The position numbers and the translations under genes are program-made. The notes beneath the pieces were generated by a model. It was not told the origin of the DNA. It worked only from the letters and a program-made list of their open reading frames with translations, and made no database searches. Positions 20,864 through 31,101 of a DNA stretch of 64,000 nucleotides are shown piece by piece. Position 1 is the first letter of the stretch. Each line of letters opens with the position of its first letter. This stretch comes from an uncultured Verrucomicrobiae bacterium (GTDB lineage: Bacteria; Verrucomicrobiota; Verrucomicrobiia; Palsa-1439), in assembly GCA_963812605.1 (NCBI GenBank), contig CAWEWF010000006.1:224001-288000 (forward strand). Reading direction: 5' to 3'.

Positions 20864-21706
20864 CTAACGTCTGGCTCTTAGCTTCTTCTTGGGTTTGCAC
20901 GCAGCTATTGCTTCATTCAGGAAGGTGGTGAACCGGTGCCTATCAGGGAATTTCCAGTGTTTTCGCATTTTGACTAAAAGTGGATACAGCCTCGAATCGC
21001 AAGCCAGTTCAGCGGCCTCTAGCGACCAAGTTCCTCGAAACCTACGTATCAACTCTTTCCGGAGGGGCTTCAACGCTCGGGGATCTTTTCTCTTTGCGAG
21101 ACCGATCAGGGCTTGGCCACGAATCTCTGTATCTCGTTCTTTGAGCCGAGCAAATAAGGCATCACGAATCGCTTTTGAGTTTCGGTCGTTGAGTTCTCCC
21201 AGGCCAAAAGTTGCGTAATCTCTGACATCACGATTCGGATCTCTAGACAACTCAATCAATGCCTGGATGGCCAGCGGCGTCTGCTGTCTGGCGAGTCCGA
21301 AAGCGACCCCGTAACGAACGCCTGAATTCGGGTGATTTTTAATTGCAACCAAGTGCGGAATGGCTCGCGGATCATGACGGTGCCCCAATCCCACACCGGC
21401 CGCGCTAACGACACGAACCGAACGGTCCTGCAATCGCTCAACCAGCAACGATACAGACTGCCTCAGAAAAACAGGTCTCCATGTTCCAATTTGCGCCAGT
21501 ACGTTGACGCCGACTTCCCGTTCTTTCGCGACCGGGCTTGCACACAGCCTTTTTGCCGTGCTGAAAACCTCGCGCGTCGCCCGCCACCGCAGAACGTCTA
21601 TCGCATTCCACGAATTATTGTTTTCAGATTCCGAGATGGCGACTTGAAAGAGCCTCTTCACAGACCGCCGATCATTTTTATGGGGATTGGCGAAGTGCCG
21701 TTTCAC
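20864..21706 (-). CDS. HEAT-repeat protein (basic)
   Basis: Repeats such as VRYGVAFGLA, DVRDYATFGLG, EIRGQALIGLA. Confidence 0.75.
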   Translation of the reverse strand: MKRHFANPHKNDRRSVKRLFQVAISESENNNSWNAIDVLRWRATREVFSTAKRLCASPVAKEREVGVNVLAQIGTWRPVFLRQSVSLLVERLQDRSVRVVSAAGVGLGHRHDPRAIPHLVAIKNHPNSGVRYGVAFGLARQQTPLAIQALIELSRDPNRDVRDYATFGLGELNDRNSKAIRDALFARLKERDTEIRGQALIGLAKRKDPRALKPLRKELIRRFRGTWSLEAAELACDSRLYPLLVKMRKHWKFPDRHRFTTFLNEAIAACKPKKKLRARR

Positions 21707-21741
21707 TGGTTACTCGCTTCAGCTGGACGTTTGCGGGGGCG

Positions 21742-22311
21742 TTACGTAACAAGCTTCTGCTTCACTTCCTCAACAGCTCGCAGCAACGCCTCGCGCCCTT
21801 CCGTACCGGCCACGTAATAGCCCACGACAGACTCAAAAGCCTGCGAGAGCTTCGGGCCAAGATGCGGGAGAAGCTCGCGGATCATTGCTTTGGCGATACC
21901 TGCAAACGTATTGCCGTTGAAGTTTAGGAATGGTGCAAGCCGATAGCACTTGAAGCAAATGTCCAACGCTTCTTCCAGTGGCATCTCTCGCGTCATGCCT
22001 TGTTCCCAAAGCTGCTTGGCCTGCGCGTAACCGTCCGACGTATGCCCGAACTGCGCCTGACCTCGGGTGCATGCCGACTGATTGATGAACTCGACAACAT
22101 CCCATGGAATCGGTTCCAACCATTTCTTGGGAGCAAGCATTGCCTTGTCATTTTGACCGGCGAATTCTTCCGCGCCAAGACTTTTCATGTAGCCCGCGCC
22201 CGTTGTCTTCAGCCGCGGTTCAGGAACAAACCGATGCTGAATGGCCTGTGTGTCTACATACGCAGCAGCGATTTGCTGCGTCATCTGATTAATGGCCCGT
22301 TCGTCAATCAC
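21742..22311 (-). CDS. Hypothetical protein with degenerate Fic/Doc-like motif
   Basis: RLAPFLNFNGNTF aligns with HPFxxGNGR; GTG start 6 nt after -10-like CATATT. Confidence 0.5.
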   Translation of the reverse strand: MIDERAINQMTQQIAAAYVDTQAIQHRFVPEPRLKTTGAGYMKSLGAEEFAGQNDKAMLAPKKWLEPIPWDVVEFINQSACTRGQAQFGHTSDGYAQAKQLWEQGMTREMPLEEALDICFKCYRLAPFLNFNGNTFAGIAKAMIRELLPHLGPKLSQAFESVVGYYVAGTEGREALLRAVEEVKQKLVT

Positions 22312-22375
22312 ACTCGTAATATGCACGCATCCGTAGCGAGATTCCAGCAACAATCTACCAAGAATTAACGCAGGT

Positions 22376-22450
22376 TGTAGAGGCGCTTCTATGAAGCGCC
22401 GCTTTCGTTGACGCCGATCAAAATCTGCGCTTCATAGAAGCGCAGCTACA
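22376..22450. repeat. REP-like inverted doublet
   Basis: TGTAGAGGCGCTTCTATGAAGCGC ... GCGCTTCATAGAAGCGCAGCTACA. Confidence 0.8.
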
Positions 22451-22477
22451 CCTGACGATCAGGAGAAGCAAAACAGA

Positions 22478-23552
22478 TCACCCCGTCGTCTCGGCGAGCC
22501 GACGGGTGAGATCGTCATTCATCAACGCGCCGATCAAATCTTCCAGGTCGCCCTCCATGATGGCGGGAAGATTCTGGATCGTAATATTGATACGGTGGTC
22601 GGTGACGCGGTTTTGCGGATAATTATACGTGCGAATTTTCTCGCTGCGGTCGGCGGTGCCAATCTGGCTGCGGCGCGCTGCAGTCATTTTAGCCGCCTCT
22701 TCTTCCTGCTTATGTGACCAACAAACGCGACCGCAGCACCCGCAGGGCCTTGGCCTTGTTCTTGATCTGCGAACGCTCATCGGCGCAGCGGACGATCAGG
22801 CCGCTGGGCTTGTGATTGATCTGCACGGCGCTGTCGGTCGTGTTCACACCCTGACCCCCAGGTCCGCTCGCGCGGCAAACGGTGATCTCCATGTCCTCGG
22901 GTCTCAACTGGACATCGACCTCCTCGGCTTCGGGCAACACGGCAACGCTGGCGGTCGAGGTGTGAATACGCCCCTGCGCCTCGGTCGCCGGGACGCGTTG
23001 CACGCGGTGAACCCCGCTCTCGTACCGCATCTTCTTGTAGATGTCCTGGCCCTGGATGGAAAAGACGATTTCCTTGAAACCGCCGCGTTCGCTCGGGCTC
23101 GCGTCCATCACCTCGATCTTCCACCGTTGCGCGTCCGCGTAACGACTGTACATGCGGAAAAGGTCGCCCGCGAACAAGGCCGCTTCATCACCGCCCGTGC
23201 CCGCGCGGATTTCGATAATCGAGTTGCGCGAGTCATTCGGGTCGGGCGGGACAAGCCCCAGTTGGACGTCGCGGTACAGCTTCTCCAGCTTGCGCTGCAA
23301 GTCGTCGAGTTCACCCCGGGCCAGTTCGGCCATCTCCGCGTCGCCGGCCGCAACCAGTTCCTGGTTCTCGGCCATCTGTTTCTGGATCGCCTCGGCGGCA
23401 CTGTAATCGCCAAGAAGCTTCTTGAGGTGCTGGAGTTCGCGCGCCAGCTCGCCGGCCCGGCGTTGATCGGAGTACACCGCCGGATTGGCGAGCTCGGCCT
23501 CCAATTCAGCCGCTCGCTTGCGAAACTTATCGATGTTGGGAAGTGCGTTCAT
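22478..23552 (-). CDS. prfA: Peptide chain release factor 1 (frameshift near 22715, probably sequencing error)
   Basis: RVQRVPATE (PxT), GPGGQGVN; C-terminal [19 protein letters not shown] in adjacent frame. Confidence 0.95.
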
Positions 23553-23561
23553 GGGTTTGTC

Positions 23562-23624
23562 GGTGGCATAGGCGTCCGTGCCTGTGACAGAGATGGGAAC
23601 GCAGGCAGAGACGCCTGCGCCACC
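23562..23624. repeat. REP-like inverted doublet of the ffh/prmC family
   Basis: 23562-23586 and inverted 23600-23624. Confidence 0.85.
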
Positions 23625-23640
23625 AGAGAGGAAAAACCAG

Positions 23641-23847
23641 CTACTTCGTCTTCTTGGCGTACCGCTTCTGGAAGCGTTCAACGCGGCCCGCGGTATCGAC
23701 GAACTTCTGCGTGCCGGTAAAGAAGGGATGGCACTTCGAGCAGATGCCGATACGCATGTCTTTGCGCGTGGAACGCGTCTTGAGAATGTTCCCACACGCG
23801 CAGTGAATCACTGCGTCAACATATTCTGGATGTATCTTGGCTTTCAT
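23641..23847 (-). CDS. rpmE: 50S ribosomal protein L31 (zinc-binding type)
   Basis: [25 protein letters not shown]. Confidence 0.97.
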   Translation of the reverse strand: MKAKIHPEYVDAVIHCACGNILKTRSTRKDMRIGICSKCHPFFTGTQKFVDTAGRVERFQKRYAKKTK

Positions 23848-24034
23848 GGTCAGGGCCGCGAAACCTACACGACCAAGCCGCCCCGTTGCAAGTCGAATCT
23901 GACATGGACCGCATTTCGGGGCCTTTGTAGCCGCGAAACTCTTTCGCGGCCGCTAAATTGTTCGGCGCAGGTCTCCTGACCGCGCCGCTGTCCCCTATTG
24001 CAATCCTCTCCGGCGTCTGCTACTTTGCAAGGCC

Positions 24035-24325
24035 ATGAGCAAGAAGGGTAAAGCCGTGAAGACCAAGAAGAAAGCGTGGCTGTTGGGCCTCGGCCTCGAC
24101 AACAAAGACGGCCATACCCGTATCACCACCGGCGAAAACTTCAAGCTGGTTGGCGGCAGCGAGGAAACGCATGGTGTGATGCAAGAGAAAGCCGTCAAGG
24201 TGAACGAGCAACTCAAGCGCCGCGGCAAAACCCTCGACTCTGTTTCCCCCGACGAATTTCACGAGATCGCTGACAAGGTCGGCATGCCCCTGCTCGATGC
24301 CCAGCGCGCCCGCCAGAGAAACTGA
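24035..24325 (+). CDS. Hypothetical protein
   Basis: Promoter TTGCAA-N17-TACTTT just upstream; LLGLGLDNKDGHTRIT..GGSEETH..MQE. Confidence 0.75.
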   Translation: MSKKGKAVKTKKKAWLLGLGLDNKDGHTRITTGENFKLVGGSEETHGVMQEKAVKVNEQLKRRGKTLDSVSPDEFHEIADKVGMPLLDAQRARQRN

Positions 24326-24434
24326 AGCGCGTATTTGTTTCGGCTCGCCTGGAGGTTCGCCTTCCAGTTGTTGTCACCCTGAGCTTGTCGAGCCGAGTCC
24401 CACGAGGGTGATGTCTTAATTTGCATCGGCCAAC

Positions 24435-24498
24435 TGTAGCCGAAGCGTAGGCTTCGGTGGAAACAATGCGGATTCCCGAAGCTTACGCTTCGGCTACA
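24435..24498. repeat. REP-like inverted doublet
   Basis: TGTAGCCGAAGCGTAGGCTTCGG ... CCGAAGCTTACGCTTCGGCTACA. Confidence 0.8.
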
Positions 24499-24573
24499 AA
24501 ACACGAATGATGAGCGAGGCGGCAAATTAAGACGCTGCCCCTACGAGACGCCGCGTTGTTTGTGGCAGCGGTT

Positions 24574-25014
24574 TTAGCCGCCCTTCCCATCTTTCTTACT
24601 TCGCGGCAGCGGTGTTATATCAGGTTCCATAAACTCGGCCTTCGCCTGCGGTGACGTGAAGCGCTCTTTGGTGTAAAAGAAACGCAGCACCTTCTTTTGT
24701 TGCAACTGGGGACTCTGCTCGTAGAAACTGTCAGCGTTCTCGGCCGGCCCGTACTCGCAGATGGTGAAGTGGACCAGCCGCAGCCACGCCTGGGTCATCG
24801 TCTCGTGATAGCCGCTGGAAAGTCCTTCCGGGACTTTGTGCGCCGTGTTATAGGCCTTGATCCCCTCGCGTATTTTGGCACTCGCCGTCTCGAAGGGATA
24901 ATGGCGCAAGTACAGGTAGGCCACCTTGATGTGCTGCTGATGGTGCCATTCCTCAAGCGGCCAGGCGGCCGTCTCAAACTGCTTTAAAAAATCCTCATCG
25001 TCCATCGGGCACAA
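24574..25014 (-). CDS. Hypothetical protein
   Basis: Plausible globular 146-aa ORF (WHHQQHI, YHETMTQAW) downstream of rpoN. Confidence 0.7.
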   Translation of the reverse strand: MCPMDDEDFLKQFETAAWPLEEWHHQQHIKVAYLYLRHYPFETASAKIREGIKAYNTAHKVPEGLSSGYHETMTQAWLRLVHFTICEYGPAENADSFYEQSPQLQQKKVLRFFYTKERFTSPQAKAEFMEPDITPLPRSKKDGKGG

Positions 25015-25041
25015 TCCAATTGGGAGGTGGCGTACGATGAC

Positions 25042-26502
25042 CTAATACGTCTTGCGCAGATTGCTCGGCAGGATATTCAACTCGTTGCGGTACTTCGCCA
25101 CGGTGCGGCGGGCGATGGGAATGCCCTGCTCTTTGAGGATGGCGACAATTTCCTGGTCTGACAACGGCTTCATCGGGTCTTCGCGTTCAATGAGCTTCGA
25201 GATTTGCTCCTTCACGCTGGTGTTGCTCATCGCTCCGCCCGACGCGGTCTCGAAACCTGGCGTAAAGAAATACTTCATCTCGAACAACCCCTGCGGCGTC
25301 TGCATGTATTTGTTGGCCACCGCGCGGCTGACCGTCGTTTCATGCACGCCCACCACTTCCGCCACCTGCGCCATCGTCAACGGCTTCAGGCACGAGATCC
25401 CCTTCTCCAAAAATTCCCGCTGCCGTTCCACGATCACCTTCGCAATATTATAAATCGTCTGCTGGCGCTGGTGGATGCTCTTGATGAGAAATTTGCCCGC
25501 GCGAATCTTGTCGCGGATGTAGTCCTTCGCGTCATTGGACTTCTCATTGCTCGCCATCAGTTCCTTGTAGGTATTGCTGATGCGCAAGTGCGGGATCTGC
25601 TCATCATTCAGCAGCACCACGTAATCATCGCCGATCTTCTGCACCACCACGTCCGCCGCGACGTACTGCTGCTGCTCGGTGGTGAACATCCGGCCCGGTT
25701 TCGGCTCGAGCGTGGAAACGAAATTCGCCAATTGCTGGACCTGTTCGACGCTCAGGTTCATCGCCCGCGCAATCTCGGGAAAACGCTTCCGACCCAGGTC
25801 GTCGAGATGCTGGTTGACCAACACCGCCTCAATCGACTCCGATTTCCCGAGCCGATCCAACTGGATCAAGAGGCACTCCTTCAAGTTGCGCGCGCCGACC
25901 CCGACCGGGTGGAAGGTCTGCACCAGTTCCAGCGCTTCCTGCAAGTGGTCCAACGGAATGCCCGAACTGACCGCCAACTCTTCGATTGGTGTCAGCAAAT
26001 ACCCGTCGTCATTGATGCTGCCAACGATCAATTCCGCGACCTTGCGGCGGTCCTCGGGTATGTTCGTGAAATTGAGTTGTTGCAGAAGGTGTTGCTGCAG
26101 CGATTCCTGCTGGACGATGGAATCGAAAAAGTGCTGGCGCTGCTCCTCTTGCTCGGGCGAACGCGAGCGGATGGTGTTGGTCTGCGAAAAATACTCGCGC
26201 CACTCGTCGTCGAGCTTCGAGAGGACCTCGAACTCCTCCTTGAACTCCGCGCGTTCCTCGGCGGTGACCGTCTTCTCCGGTTCCGTCTCGTGGGTCACTT
26301 CGCCGTCCGGCGACTCGATCTCGACCGTCGGCTCGTCCTTGGGAATCTCTTCCAGGAGCGGGTTCTGCTGCAACTCTTCCTGCACGAGCGAACGCAACTC
26401 CAGCGTCGGCACTTGCAGCAAATGCAGGCTCTGCTGCAACTGCGGCGCCAAAATCTGCTGCAGCGACATCCGTTGAACTTGATGTAATCCAGGACCTGCC
26501 AT
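25042..26502 (-). CDS. rpoN: RNA polymerase sigma-54 factor
   Basis: PQLQQSL region I, HETTVSRAVANKY HTH, ARRTVAKYR RpoN box. Confidence 0.98.
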   Translation of the reverse strand: MAGPGLHQVQRMSLQQILAPQLQQSLHLLQVPTLELRSLVQEELQQNPLLEEIPKDEPTVEIESPDGEVTHETEPEKTVTAEERAEFKEEFEVLSKLDDEWREYFSQTNTIRSRSPEQEEQRQHFFDSIVQQESLQQHLLQQLNFTNIPEDRRKVAELIVGSINDDGYLLTPIEELAVSSGIPLDHLQEALELVQTFHPVGVGARNLKECLLIQLDRLGKSESIEAVLVNQHLDDLGRKRFPEIARAMNLSVEQVQQLANFVSTLEPKPGRMFTTEQQQYVAADVVVQKIGDDYVVLLNDEQIPHLRISNTYKELMASNEKSNDAKDYIRDKIRAGKFLIKSIHQRQQTIYNIAKVIVERQREFLEKGISCLKPLTMAQVAEVVGVHETTVSRAVANKYMQTPQGLFEMKYFFTPGFETASGGAMSNTSVKEQISKLIEREDPMKPLSDQEIVAILKEQGIPIARRTVAKYRNELNILPSNLRKTY

Positions 26503-26719
26503 CGTGTATTCCTCTCGGCCCGACGAATCCAACTATAGGCGCGACATGAAACAAGTAAAGGGCAAAGATTACTCGACCGGTCGCCGCGCCTCAACTCCCG
26601 ACCGTCTTCCGCAGCCGCGAAATTTCCGACCTGTAGCCGCGAAACTCTTTCGCGGCCAGAGAATATCTGGCTTACCCGTTTTCATCCGTGTCGCCCATCG
26701 CCGCAGCACGTTTTTGGGG

Positions 26720-26825
26720 AAAACGAACCCATTTGTAATAATTCGTTTGTGCGTCCCAACTCCCTGCCGTCCTGTCACTTCCGCACAAAATCATGGGCAG
26801 GCAAAACGGGTTCGTTTCGCAGAAA
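26720..26825. repeat. AAACGAACCC inverted-repeat element, copy 1
   Basis: AAACGAACCC-N77-GGGTTCGTTT; shares the 18-bp end TTTCTGCGAAACGAACCC with 50463 copy. Confidence 0.7.
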
Positions 26826-26988
26826 GCATGTATTTTCGTCCCCCCTCCTTGTCCGCCGTAGCCTTGGCGACGGCGAGATTCCATGTCAAAGAACAAGCGG
26901 ATCATACCATTATCGGAATCCGATGTCCAGACCAAGGTATTTTGACCTAGCAGGTTGCTAAAAAAGCGAGTGAATTGACCATCCGTGC

Positions 26989-27054
26989 TGTAGGCCGACT
27001 CTGTGAGTCGGCGAGTTTCCAAAAGATTTCGCCGCTTCGCAGAAGCGGCCTACA
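26989..27054. repeat. REP-like inverted doublet
   Basis: TGTAGGCCGACTCTGTGAGTCGGCG ... CGCCGCTTCGCAGAAGCGGCCTACA. Confidence 0.75.
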
Positions 27055-27079
27055 ACCCGCAAGGCTTTTTAGCGACCTG

Positions 27080-28855
27080 CTAGAGCGCCAACCGCACGCG
27101 ATAGTAGCGGGCGGGCTTGTTCGTCGCGCCGCCGACATCGAGGTAGTTGGTGACGGTGCCGGGAGTGACATTGGTTGCAACCACGAAGATGTCGGCGAAT
27201 CCATTCGTCGTATAGCTGCCGCCGCTCCCACCCGCGGTAGCCTGCAAGGCGTTCGTTAATCCCGGGCCCATCATCCACGTGATCAGCAGATCGTTGCCTT
27301 GCGGGTGATCGACGTGATTTGGAATGCGTTCGTGTTGAAAACCACGCTGCCGGCGATGAGCGTGCCTCCCGTATGAATCAATTGGCCGCAGGCATTCGTC
27401 AAAAAGAGCACGTCCGTCTGCAACAAGCCTCCATTCAAATTCAATTGTCCGTCGCGCACATCGATGTAGGCGTTGTGCGCCGCGTTGGTCACATACAAGC
27501 TCCCACCCGCCACATTCACCACGCCGACCCCGCCGGTCGGGCAGTTGCCGAGGATCAGGTTCGAGTACAACGTCGCCGAGCCGCCATCCAGATTAACGGA
27601 GCCCTGTCCCAGTAGGATTGGCATCGTGTTCGTCGCAACGTAGAAATACATACCCAACAGCATCGAATTGCCAGTCCAGTTGCCATTGGAAATGGTGATG
27701 ACGCCGTCGCCCCAGGTCCCAATAAATTCCGGCGAGTTCGTGGCCGCCAGTTGCCCGCTGCGTCATCCATACCATCCCGGTCGCTTCGATACCCGCTCCA
27801 ACAAGCAGCGGCCCCTGGACGTTAACCGTGCTTCCGACCATGGTCAGCGTCCCTTGCGAACCAGCATGCACCACGATGCCGGTCGCCGAACCGATTGAAC
27901 CGCCGTCCGCTCCAATCTCGAGCGTGCCAATAGTGATGGTTGAACCGGACCAGGTCGCCTGCCCGGACCCGCCGCCACCGATGAGCGTCAGGAAACCACT
28001 CGGCACGGTCAATTGCCCGGAGGTGATTTGCACCGCACCTGTCGCGCCGGGATATTCACCCACGATTACGTCTTCACCGGCAATCCACGTACTGCTGTCC
28101 ATCGTGAGCGTGCCTTGTGAACCGGCGCCCAGGCCCACGATCACCGATTGGTCGGACGTCAGCGTCGAGTTGTTGGCAATAATCATCTGGCCCGCGCCAT
28201 ACACCCCAACCCCCGTCGGGCCGTTGGTCAAGGCCAACTGTCCACCCAATAAAAGAACATCGCCAAAGGCATTGGTGTCGAGGCCAACACACAAGTACCC
28301 CGAGAAACTGCTGGATCCGCTGACCGACAGCGATCCCGGCAACCCGGGCTCCGTGCCCACCGCGGCCACGTTGGAAACCAACAGGCTGCCGTTCTCAAGA
28401 TCAACGTCCCCTCCCAGGCTGACCAACACATTCGTCGCTCCATTTACCGCCACCGCCGAATCCGAGATCACCAGATCCCCGCCATTACTGACCGACAGGG
28501 AAAACAGCACCGTAAGCGGCAGGTTCGTCCCCAAGTTGGAAATCAGCAGCGTATTGATCGAACCGTCCAAAGTCCAAAGGCTCAGGTCATTGACGGTCAT
28601 CGCATTGGAGAAGCTACCAGCCGTCGTCGAATCGACGGTCACGATCTTCGAGAGGGAGTTGGTAATATAGATCGACTGCGTGTTGGTCGGCGCCAGCCCG
28701 AGCGACCAGTCGCCGGCGGTTTCCCACTTGTCACTGGCCGAGGTGGCCCACGAATTGGTGTTGGCCCAAGCTGTGGCACGCCCGAGTGCGCCGGCCAAAA
28801 GAACCACGGCGCACGCGATTCGCAACATGGCACGTCGTCCCAAGGTAGTCTGCAT
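27080..28855 (-). CDS. Secreted Gly/Ser/Thr-rich beta-helix-like surface protein (several frameshifts)
   Basis: Signal peptide, repeated VGxGAGSQGTLTM units, C-terminal TNYLDVGGATNKPARYYRVRL; pieces 27593-28891, 27555-27770, 27283-27663, 27080-27274. Confidence 0.7.
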
Positions 28856-29627
28856 CAGTTCTGCTCCGTGTTCGCGCTGGGAAAGAACCACCAGTGATAA
28901 GGTATACCGGCCTTCCAGTCACCGCCGCGAGATGAATCATCCCATTGTATGTTGCTAAGCGGCGGAGGACATAGCGCATCGCCGTTCCTGCAGAAGTTGC
29001 TTAAGGCGATCCATTCCGCATGACCGTCGCCCAAAACAAAATGCGATCCGCCGAAATGGCGCTGTACGGTGTCGTACCGGCCGTTTGTCTCGGGAAAACT
29101 ATCCTCGGGTTCCTCGCAAAAGATAATGGTAGTCGCAGGACTTGCCATTCGGCTTCGCCGCAATCCAACATTGGTTTGATTTTCCACATGCAGGCACGCA
29201 CTGATCGCGTACGTGAAGTACGCTTGCGTCATGGAAATCGATACCGTCGTGTTGGTCGCGCTGGGGCAGATCCAGATGCTTTTCATGCCCGGTCCCGGCG
29301 GTGTATTGGCGTTGTACAAATCACAAAGTTTCGGCTGGTTAATGTACGAAGGAAGGAGATTAAACCAAGCGCGGGTGTTAACCGGCGAACAAGGTGACTG
29401 GTTGGAGTCGCCATCGTAGGGATAGTAATCCTTTTGGTCGGCGACATATAAACTGATGGCCAGGCCCCACTGATGCATGTTGCCTAAACACACCGCCGCC
29501 TTCATCGTATCCTGCGCCGTGTTCAGCGCCGGCAGCATCGCCCCACCAGCATCGCGCCGAGGGAAACGGCCACCAGCAGTTGCGTAAAAGTGAAGCCTCG
29601 CGTTGCGAAATCGGCTCGTTCTTTCAT
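28855..29627 (-). CDS. Prepilin-like N-terminal / H-X9-DG domain protein (frameshift near 29540)
   Basis: MKERADFATRG|FTFTQLLV, CLGNMHQWGLA, WICPS, RHFGGSHFVLGDGHAE. Confidence 0.8.
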
Positions 29628-29815
29628 CCTCAGACTCTCACCGGTTACGACGCAAACCGCACCGAATAGAGGATTTCCGAACTGTAGCCTGCAAAGCTTC
29701 TAGCTTATTTCCCAAGCGTCAACAACCCAAAAAGCTTCCAAAACCGCTTTTTTACACAGACGTTACACTGACTTATCTGCCGCGTATCCCTCCAACTCAG
29801 ATCGGGTCTGCATCA

Positions 29816-30030
29816 TCAGTTGCTGCTCATGCTCGCGCAGGGGAAGAACCACCAGTGATAAATGATTTGGGAGTTCCAGTCACCGATGCCCCGCCCCGAT
29901 GCAAACCACGGGACGGTGTTGTTAAAGCCGCTGCAACCGTTGTTGCCCTGCCTGCAGACGTTGCCAAAGGCGATCCACTCCGCATGACTATCACCCATAA
30001 CAAAATTTCCGCCTCCAAAGTGTGCGGGAA
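29816..30030 (-). pseudogene. C-terminal fragment of a second H-X9-DG protein
   Basis: HFGGGNFVMGDSHAEW...YHWWFFP paralogous to previous gene; no N-terminal part. Confidence 0.7.
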
Positions 30031-30034
30031 GTGG

Positions 30035-30756
30035 CCGTGTCACCGATCTGGCGGACATCATCTCCCGTGGTCACCGACGACAAGGCGATGGAATCGATCT
30101 TCGCGGGCAGAAAGGACAATCTCCTCGTTAACGTGCACGGCAAGGTGTTCGTGAATTGCGCGACGATTTCTCCCGCGACACACGTACGCGTCGAAAAACT
30201 CGCGACGCGCGCGGGCGCCGAGACATTGGAAGCGTGCATGGCCTCCAGCATCACGCAAGCCCGCGACGGCACGCTCTACCTGATGTGCGGTGGCAACGAA
30301 CGCACGTTCCGCAAAATGAAACCGCTCCTCAAGGACCTCGGTCAATCGCTGCGCTATGTCGGCGCCAGCCGGCCGGCGCAGGTCGCAGGTGAACATGGTG
30401 ATGAACATCAACACCGCCGGTCTCGCCGAGGGCCTGGCGCTCGGGGACGCGCTGGGACTGGATTTGACCCTGCTGCGGGAAGTGTTCTCGCAGACGGCGC
30501 GAACTCCCGCGTGTTGCAGACCGATGGCGAGGACATGCAGCGCCGGGAACATTCCTGCTTTTTCAGCGCCGCGCACGCCGCCAAGGACAGCGGCATCGCC
30601 CTCGCGCTTTCCAAAAAGGCGAAGCTCAACCTCCCGCTGGCCGCTGCCACCCATAAACAATTCCGCCGCATGGTCCAGGTCGGCCTCGGAGAACTGGACA
30701 AATCCGGCATCGCCGAACTCACCTTCCGACACCGTCACGCTAGGACAATCGCCTAG
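30035..30756 (+). pseudogene. 5'-truncated NAD(P)-dependent oxidoreductase (3-hydroxyisobutyrate dehydrogenase family), frameshifted
   Basis: VVTDDKAM, GTLYLMCGG, VNMVMNINTAGLAEGL, HAAKDSGIA; GxGxxG N-terminus missing. Confidence 0.75.
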
Positions 30757-30888
30757 TAAAAAACCGGCTTCTCCGCCAATTGTGGAAACCGCTATCACGC
30801 GCATGCTGCTTTGTGGCTGGAAGCTTAACCCTCGGGCTCGAAGGTCTGCTGAAAAATTGTGAGCCCGAAAAACGTGGAGGATACGTTT

Positions 30889-31014
30889 ATGATGATTGCA
30901 ATGTTTACACCCGTTATTGCCGCCGTCGGATATTCGATACTCTATCTTCTCCTGGGCGGAGGATTTGGCGGCGCAGTCCTTATTTTCATCATCGCAAAAA
31001 TGTTCGGGAAATAG
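30889..31014 (+). CDS. Small hydrophobic protein (41 aa), not in ORF track
   Basis: GGAGG SD then MMIAMFTPVIAAVGYSILYLLLGGGFGGAVLIFIIAKMFGK. Confidence 0.65.
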   Translation: MMIAMFTPVIAAVGYSILYLLLGGGFGGAVLIFIIAKMFGK

Positions 31015-31027
31015 CGCCGTCGCCGCC

Positions 31028-31101
31028 CTACTTCTTCCGCTTCGTCTCCGCGACAATGATCTGCGAAATCGCCGCGTAGAAGATCGTCGCCTTGATCAGC
31101 G
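31028..31101 (-). repeat. Diverged duplicate of the ygeY 3' end
   Basis: Encodes LIKATIFYAAISQIIVAETKRKK* versus LIKATIFYAAIPQIIVAETKK in ygeY. Confidence 0.9.

Noticed and set aside
20820-22478. Direct repeats bounding the prfA-prmC insert (also checked for the rnhB-rplS insert)
   Set aside because: Only weak partial matches; not convincing by eye
22700-22730. Programmed frameshift in the release factor gene
   Set aside because: The gene is RF1 (PxT motif), the shift is near the C-terminus rather than at the prfB CTT-TGA site, and similar indels affect many genes in the window
28855-30030. Diversity-generating retroelement TR/VR pair between the two H-X9-DG C-termini
   Set aside because: Differences are not adenine-specific, include indels, and no reverse transcriptase is present
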